A stretch of DNA of 64,000 nucleotides, taken from positions 34,348,001 to 34,412,000 of the forward strand of contig OZ024742.1 in the NCBI GenBank assembly GCA_964016885.1, written 5' to 3'. Positions 54,343 to 64,000 of the stretch are shown piece by piece; within the stretch, counting starts at the first letter, position 1; each line of letters starts with the position of its first letter. The translations under genes were made by a program, and so were the position numbers. Origin of the DNA: Eledone cirrhosa. Taxonomy: Eukaryota. A model generated the notes under the pieces. It was given only the letters and a program-made list of their open reading frames with translations, made no database searches and had not been told where the DNA came from.

Positions 54343-55568
54343 ATATAAAATAATTATTTATTTTAATCTGACTATAGGGCAATTTTCCCTCTTCTTCTTC
54401 TTCTTCTTCTTCTTCTCCCCCTCCTCCCCCTCCTCCTCTTCTTCTTCTTCTTCTTGCTGTTGTTGTTGTAGTTGTTGTTGCTGTAGGTGTTATTTAGGCC
54501 CTCATCGACTTGTTCAAATACGCAAGAAGGCGACAGTTATAGAAAGAGGGCTTCCTTCTAGTGCATTGTATGTGAGAATGTGAGATAGGTGAGAGCGGCA
54601 AGATTGATTTAGCTGGCTATGACTATTCTCACTGCTTTACTGAGATAGGAAAATGCAAGAGTGAGCACTTTCAATGCGTTTAAGATGGTGAGTAATCTGG
54701 ATCTTCGTGTGGGAATTTCGCACTGAATTGCCCCCTATGGACTTACAGCCATTAAGGAATTTTTTATTTTCTTGGAAATGTGCTGTTATATTTATTGTTT
54801 GTGTTGATTTTGACCTTTTTTACTCAATGTAACCCCCAATTTGTGCTGTATTCGTCTTTTTATTTTCTTTAAGATCTTGGGCCCTTGTAGCCAATAAAAG
54901 AAATAATTATTATCATTTGCAGGATTGGCAGATTCGTTAGAGCGTTGAAAAAATACTTTGAGGCTTTTTTTATGGCCCATTATGCCTGAGTTCTAATCCC
55001 GCTGTGGTCATCTATAAAATTCATCCTTGCAGGGTCGATAGAATAGGTTGCAGTAAAATACTGGGGTGATATAATGGATTTCTAATCCCCCCCCCCCCTC
55101 ATTTGATGGGCTTGTGCCAATATTAGAAATAATAATTATTGCTGTTGGTGGTGGTATTGACGTTGTTTTCGCCTTGGATATACGTTTCTACCGTGTCTCT
55201 TGAATAAATTACTATATTGATACACAATATTGCAAGCAAAACGCTTGAGCTATTTATATATAAAGTTTGTGGAACGCTTCAGTATTTACCCCGTAAATCT
55301 TGGATTGGAAAAAAACATAATGTACTGCTTTTAGATATATGTATATATTTCATTTTATAATCTTCTTGTATACCATTATAGTATAGTAGAATTAATGAAT
55401 ATTAATCTGAAATTCCGCCAATATAAATTGACAATCTAATCTGTGTCACTATCATTCCTTCAACAAAATGAATTGACAGAGTTATTGTGTCTATTTGATT
55501 AGATATTTCTAGGTTTAAGGATTTCTCTTGGTGAAAGTTGTTTTTTTCTTTTTTTGAGAGAGAGAGAG

Positions 55569-55657
<89 letters not shown>

Positions 55658-55712
55658 ATATAAAATAATTATTTATTGTAATCTGACTACAGGGCAGTTT
55701 TCCCTCTTCTTA
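54054..55712 (+). repeat. Direct duplication of about 330 bp (54054-54395 and 55384-55712)
   Basis: Near-identical AT-rich block plus (GA)n and downstream flank. Confidence 0.85.
54922..55135 (+). mobile_element. Divergent tRNA-derived SINE
   Basis: TTGGCAGATTCGTTAGAGCG, GAGTTCTAATCCC, TTCATCCTTGCAGGGTCGATA. Confidence 0.65.
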
Positions 55713-56146
55713 TTTCATTTTATAAACAACCCTCTACTTTCTATACCATTATATCATCCTCAAAAGGGGTGTTAGTAGGACGAGTTAACTGCAACAATAG
55801 CGTATACATACCACAAAGAATTGAGAATATAAAAAAACATAGACAATCAAGAAAATGACAAACAGATAAAAATATGACGACACAGAGAAATAAATGCAAA
55901 CAGATGCAATTACAAAAGCAAACGGCAGATAGCGTTTATTGATAGTTTCGAAAATACACAGAAACAGAGGAAAAACATAAACGAAGACTTTTGCAAAGTA
56001 AACACAAAAACCAGCAGTAGCCGAAATTTACTCAACGCAGACGATAACCAAAATAGATTTGTGAATAATTGTTGCGGATAAAGAGAGAATATTTTAACGT
56101 AAAATATATCTCAGAAGATGGAGCGTGTACGTGTGTGTGTGTGTGT

Positions 56147-56197
<51 letters not shown>

Positions 56198-56201
56198 TAG
56201 G

Positions 56202-56232
<31 letters not shown>

Positions 56233-56282
56233 AGGTATGTGTGTGTGTGTGCGTGTGTGTGTGTGTGTGTGTGTATGTGTCT

Positions 56283-56405
<123 letters not shown>

Positions 56406-56537
56406 TAGGTGTGTGCGTGTGTGTATGTATGATTAGTGTAGTAAAGCAGTATCGTTATATGGAAATATGTATACAGAATATATATATGTATATATAGATA
56501 TATGTATATATATATATTTCGTTTCTGAAGTTGTTTA

Positions 56538-56623
<86 letters not shown>

Positions 56624-56693
56624 GAATTCCTGTGATTCTGTCCGGATCTAGCTGTTGAAACGGCAGGAGCTCAGCCAACCAGATCCCGTAAAC

Positions 56694-56730
<37 letters not shown>

Positions 56731-56736
<6 letters not shown>

Positions 56737-57093
56737 ATTTGTATATGTATAATAAAGCCAAAACAATGCAGGTATGGACATAGAATAAAGAATGCAAATG
56801 CAAAAGATATTGTTGACAATTAGTCTTTTACCTTAGATTTATTTAAATGTCCTAAATTTTCGAGATAATATCTCTTCTTCAGAGGGAATAAAATTTGTCA
56901 AACCAGTGTTCTAAATAGCTTGCCAAGTCATTTATTCCCTCTGAAGAAGAGATATTATCTCGAAAATTTAGGACATTTAAATAAATCTAAGGTAAAAGAC
57001 TAATTGTCAACAATATCTTTTGCATTTGCATTCTTTATTCTATGTCCATACCTGCATTGTTTTGGCTTTATTATACATATACAAACGTTTATA
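56731..57093. mobile_element. Fold-back palindrome (about 160 bp arms) with minimal HHR-like cores
   Basis: 56731-56891 is inverted against 56931-57093; CTGAAGA AGAGAT-ATT-ATCTC GAAAATTTA. Confidence 0.65.
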
Positions 57094-57386
57094 CCTCATT
57101 ACACAATGCTTCAAGTGAACTATAACCTCCTCCTATATATATATATATATATAAATGAAAGGTATAGAATGTATTGTAGTAAGAAGCCAACAGTATTCCA
57201 TAATATATAAGTGACTATAGCGTCAAAATGGGAAAATAGTTGACGTAAGATGTGGGACAAATAATTCAAACTCAATTAAAAAAAGAATCAGGATATAGAT
57301 TTATCCAACAGAATTTAGTGAAATCCAGGGAAAAATCAATAGAGCCTTAACTCGTGATAAAATAAAGTTTAAAATACTCATCATTC

Positions 57387-57799
57387 AATTTGGGACAACT
57401 ACAATATATAGAGCACTCTTTTTTCCTGGACCTTTCCGACGAAATTACTTCATTTATACAGCTCCAACCGGGATTGATTGAAGTATATTGTATATTATAT
57501 ATAGTGCCAATCTTATATATAATATAGAATATACTTCAATCAATCCCGGTTGGAGCTGTATAAATGAAGTAATTCCGTCGGAAAGGTGCAGAAAAAAAGA
57601 GTGCTCTATATATTGTAGTTGTCCCAAATGTGTGTGTGTGTGCATATGTAGGTGTGTGTACATATATCTATATTGTGTGTGAGTATGTATGCGTGTATAT
57701 ATGTCTATATGTATGTGTGCGCATGTACGTGTGTATATATGTATGATTATGTGTGTATATGTGTATATATAGATGTATATATATATATATATATATAGA

Positions 57800-57885
<86 letters not shown>

Positions 57886-57890
57886 TATAG

Positions 57891-57949
<59 letters not shown>

Positions 57950-58017
57950 TATATATACACATATACACACGTGTGTATATATGTATGATTATGTGTGTAT
58001 ATGTGTATATATAGATG

Positions 58018-58089
<72 letters not shown>

Positions 58090-58503
58090 TATAGATATAT
58101 ACATGTGTGTGTGTTTGTGTATTTGTGCGTATGTGTATGTATGGATATGTGGATATATATGTGCGTATGTATGTATATGTATGTGTATTTGTACGTGTAT
58201 GTATGTGTGTATGTATGTATGTGTGTATATATGTATATATATATACATATATATATGTATATATATGTATGTATATGTATGTGTGTATGTATATGCGCGC
58301 GCGTGTGTGTGCATGTGTGTTTATTTTTCCTTTCCTTCTTCCTTCTCCAGCCTCACTTTCATATAGATTATATTTTTGTTTTTAAAATCCAATGTCAATA
58401 AATACACCAGGATTTTTTCATTCTGATGATTGAAAGCAAAATTTGTTTGCTTTCAAGAAACCACTGGTAAATGAAATAATTACCTTATGTTGTATTACAT
58501 AAC
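57387..58503 (+). mobile_element. PLE family C copy: 5' fold-back, microsatellite-filled body, 3' HHR
   Basis: 57387-57500 is inverted against about 57520-57629, which also matches 35346-35392. The 3' part matches 35615-35781. Confidence 0.62.
58416..58476 (+). ncRNA. Canonical minimal type I HHR
   Basis: TTTCATT CTGATGA TTGAAAGCAAA-ATTTG-TTTGCTTTCAA GAAA CCACTGG TA AATGAAA; stems I and II pair perfectly. Confidence 0.85.
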
Positions 58504-58515
58504 TATATATATATA

Positions 58516-61031
<2,516 letters not shown>

Positions 61032-61312
61032 TATCATAACTCGTGTGTTACACCACTATTCTTTTAAATATATATATTTATAAATACATATATATATATA
61101 GGTATGTATGTATACGTACATACATATATGTAGACAGACGTACAGTAGTATGTATATATATACATACATGCACACATATATATATATGCACGTTGTCGGT
61201 TTACCGAACATTTATTATAATGCTCGGTTTGTTTGTAAACAAACAGCCCGAATTAAGCCGTACAGTGTTTAGGCAACCACGTGACCTTTTTGTTCAACAC
61301 TGACAAAGACAC

Positions 61313-61351
61313 GGTGTACCAGTTTCAAGCTTATTAGCTATCGTCAGCATC
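61313..61351 (-). ncRNA. Minimal type I HHR
   Basis: Minus strand: GATG CTGACGA TAGCT-AATA-AGCTT GAAA CTG GTA CACC. Confidence 0.5.
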
Positions 61352-61498
61352 GTATACCTTCCTGCCAGATGGTTGAACGTTTGAAAGTATATACTCTCCT
61401 ATGAATATTAACGGCTGAGCAGCCTAATTTGCATATCGAGTGAGTTAAGTAACTGCCGTACTAAGAGTGAGAAATGAAATTTTGTTTCATTCTATTCC

Positions 61499-61536
<38 letters not shown>

Positions 61537-61584
61537 CGTTTCTGAATTTGTTTAGCAACATGACCCTCCCAAAGAATAACGGTA

Positions 61585-61793
<209 letters not shown>

Positions 61794-62063
61794 CCATGGT
61801 TAAACCAGAAAAGATTGCTCAGCTAGACGCAAAACTCGAAATGATTAGTTTTACCTCAGATTAGAGATGCATCGAGAAACGCTTACATCGCCTTTAATCT
61901 GCAAAGATTTAGAGGACTACAGCTTCACACGAGGGATTATAAAGCAGGTAAATCTTGGAGAAAAGATTTTACAAAACATTACAAGGTTTATAGCCGGGAA
62001 TTAATAGCTTTAGAAATGACAACGTGGCTATTAATACACACACAGATATACACACACACACAA

Positions 62064-62216
<153 letters not shown>

Positions 62217-62222
62217 CATATA

Positions 62223-62297
<75 letters not shown>

Positions 62298-62359
62298 GTG
62301 TGTGTGTGTGTGTGCGTGTGTGTGTATATATATATATATATATGTGTATACATACAGGG

Positions 62360-62872
62360 AATACATTAAAAGCAAACCGAGGAAAAGGAAAATACGAGAG
62401 AATGACTGGGAGAACCGCGCACTATATAGACGTTTCTGGAGGGAGGCAGTGTATGGTGGGAGAAGAGGATTTGAAAGAACCCGTGTTGAGCCTACACAGC
62501 TCAAGCGGTGAGGTCGTGTGTCTGGTTTGTCTAAGTATCTTGGCATGCAGAGTGATTCAACCTGTAATCTGTTAGGTCTAAGTAGACCTTGGAAGTTATC
62601 AGAGAGCCCACGTACACGGGGACACTGTCAAGTGTGCATTGCATAGAATGTTTGTTTGTGGGGAGTGTGGTAAAGAGTGTGCTACAGTTAGTGGACTGAA
62701 ACGTCATTGGAAAATGCACCAAAACAGGTCAGTAGCACCTACTGTGAGAGGCCTCCATTGTTGCAGCATCTTTGCAAGTGTGTGCAAGGGTGTGCAACTC
62801 CCTGGCAGGACTAACAATCCACGTCTATGCTGCTCATGCTTTGGTCTCAAGCGATGGCATTACTCGAAATCA
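62360..62872 (+). mobile_element. RTE 3' fragment with C2H2 zinc finger (different subfamily)
   Basis: [17 protein letters not shown] and FVCGECGKECATVSGLKRHWKMH; ends ATGGCATTACTCGAAATCA(TA)n. Confidence 0.65.
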
Positions 62873-62990
62873 TATATATATATATATGTGTGTAAACAAT
62901 GAGTTATTTAATTTGTTGATTATTCAACAAAATTAATCTATAACAGATTAGAAGCACTCAACAGCGTTTCTTCTGGAGTATAATATCAAT

Positions 62991-63490
<500 letters not shown>

Positions 63491-63494
63491 ACAT

Positions 63495-63541
<47 letters not shown>

Positions 63542-64000
63542 TGCATACATACACACACATATATATATATATATATATACATACACTCATACATACATAA
63601 ACACATATACACATATATATGTGTATATAAATACACACATACACATACATATACACATACATACGCACATAAATATCAACACATCCATACATACTCATAC
63701 ATATATACAACCACGCACACATATATACACACATATATATGCACAGAAATATAAGTATATATATATATATATATATATATATGCATACACATACACATAC
63801 ATAGCCATACACACATACATATACATACATACATGCACACAATCATACCTATATACACACGTACATACATACACATACATAAATGCATACATATGCATGT
63901 ACAAAATTACAAAAATATACACACACCTCTACATATTCACACACGCAAATAAATATAAGAACAAATATATATAAAAAATAAAATAATAAAATAATAAAAT

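Overview
AT-rich eukaryotic DNA dense in microsatellites, with no host gene I can support; almost all non-simple sequence comes from transposons. The SINE family resembles octopus SINEs, so an octopod cephalopod origin is inferred but not proven. Contents: a near full-length decayed L1/Tx1 LINE (about 2.3-8.2 kb) plus 3' fragments sitting in (GATA)n; RTE LINEs with C-terminal C2H2 zinc fingers; CRE-like fragments; a complete Helitron (28069-34926, minus strand); tRNA-derived SINEs; two mariner-type MITEs; and many Penelope-like (PLE) fold-back insertions in (TA)n tracts that carry type I hammerhead ribozymes (HHRs). Three observations stand out. (1) A repeat copy at 41.84-42.10 kb has about 25 clustered T>C changes (A>G on the inferred transcript strand) in ADAR-like context, which looks like a hyper-edited RNA written back into the genome. 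(2) Three unrelated hammerhead families share the compensatory U3:A8 core. (3) The Helitron sits exactly at the cleavage site of one of these hammerheads. All alignments and folds were done by eye, and many boundaries are approximate.
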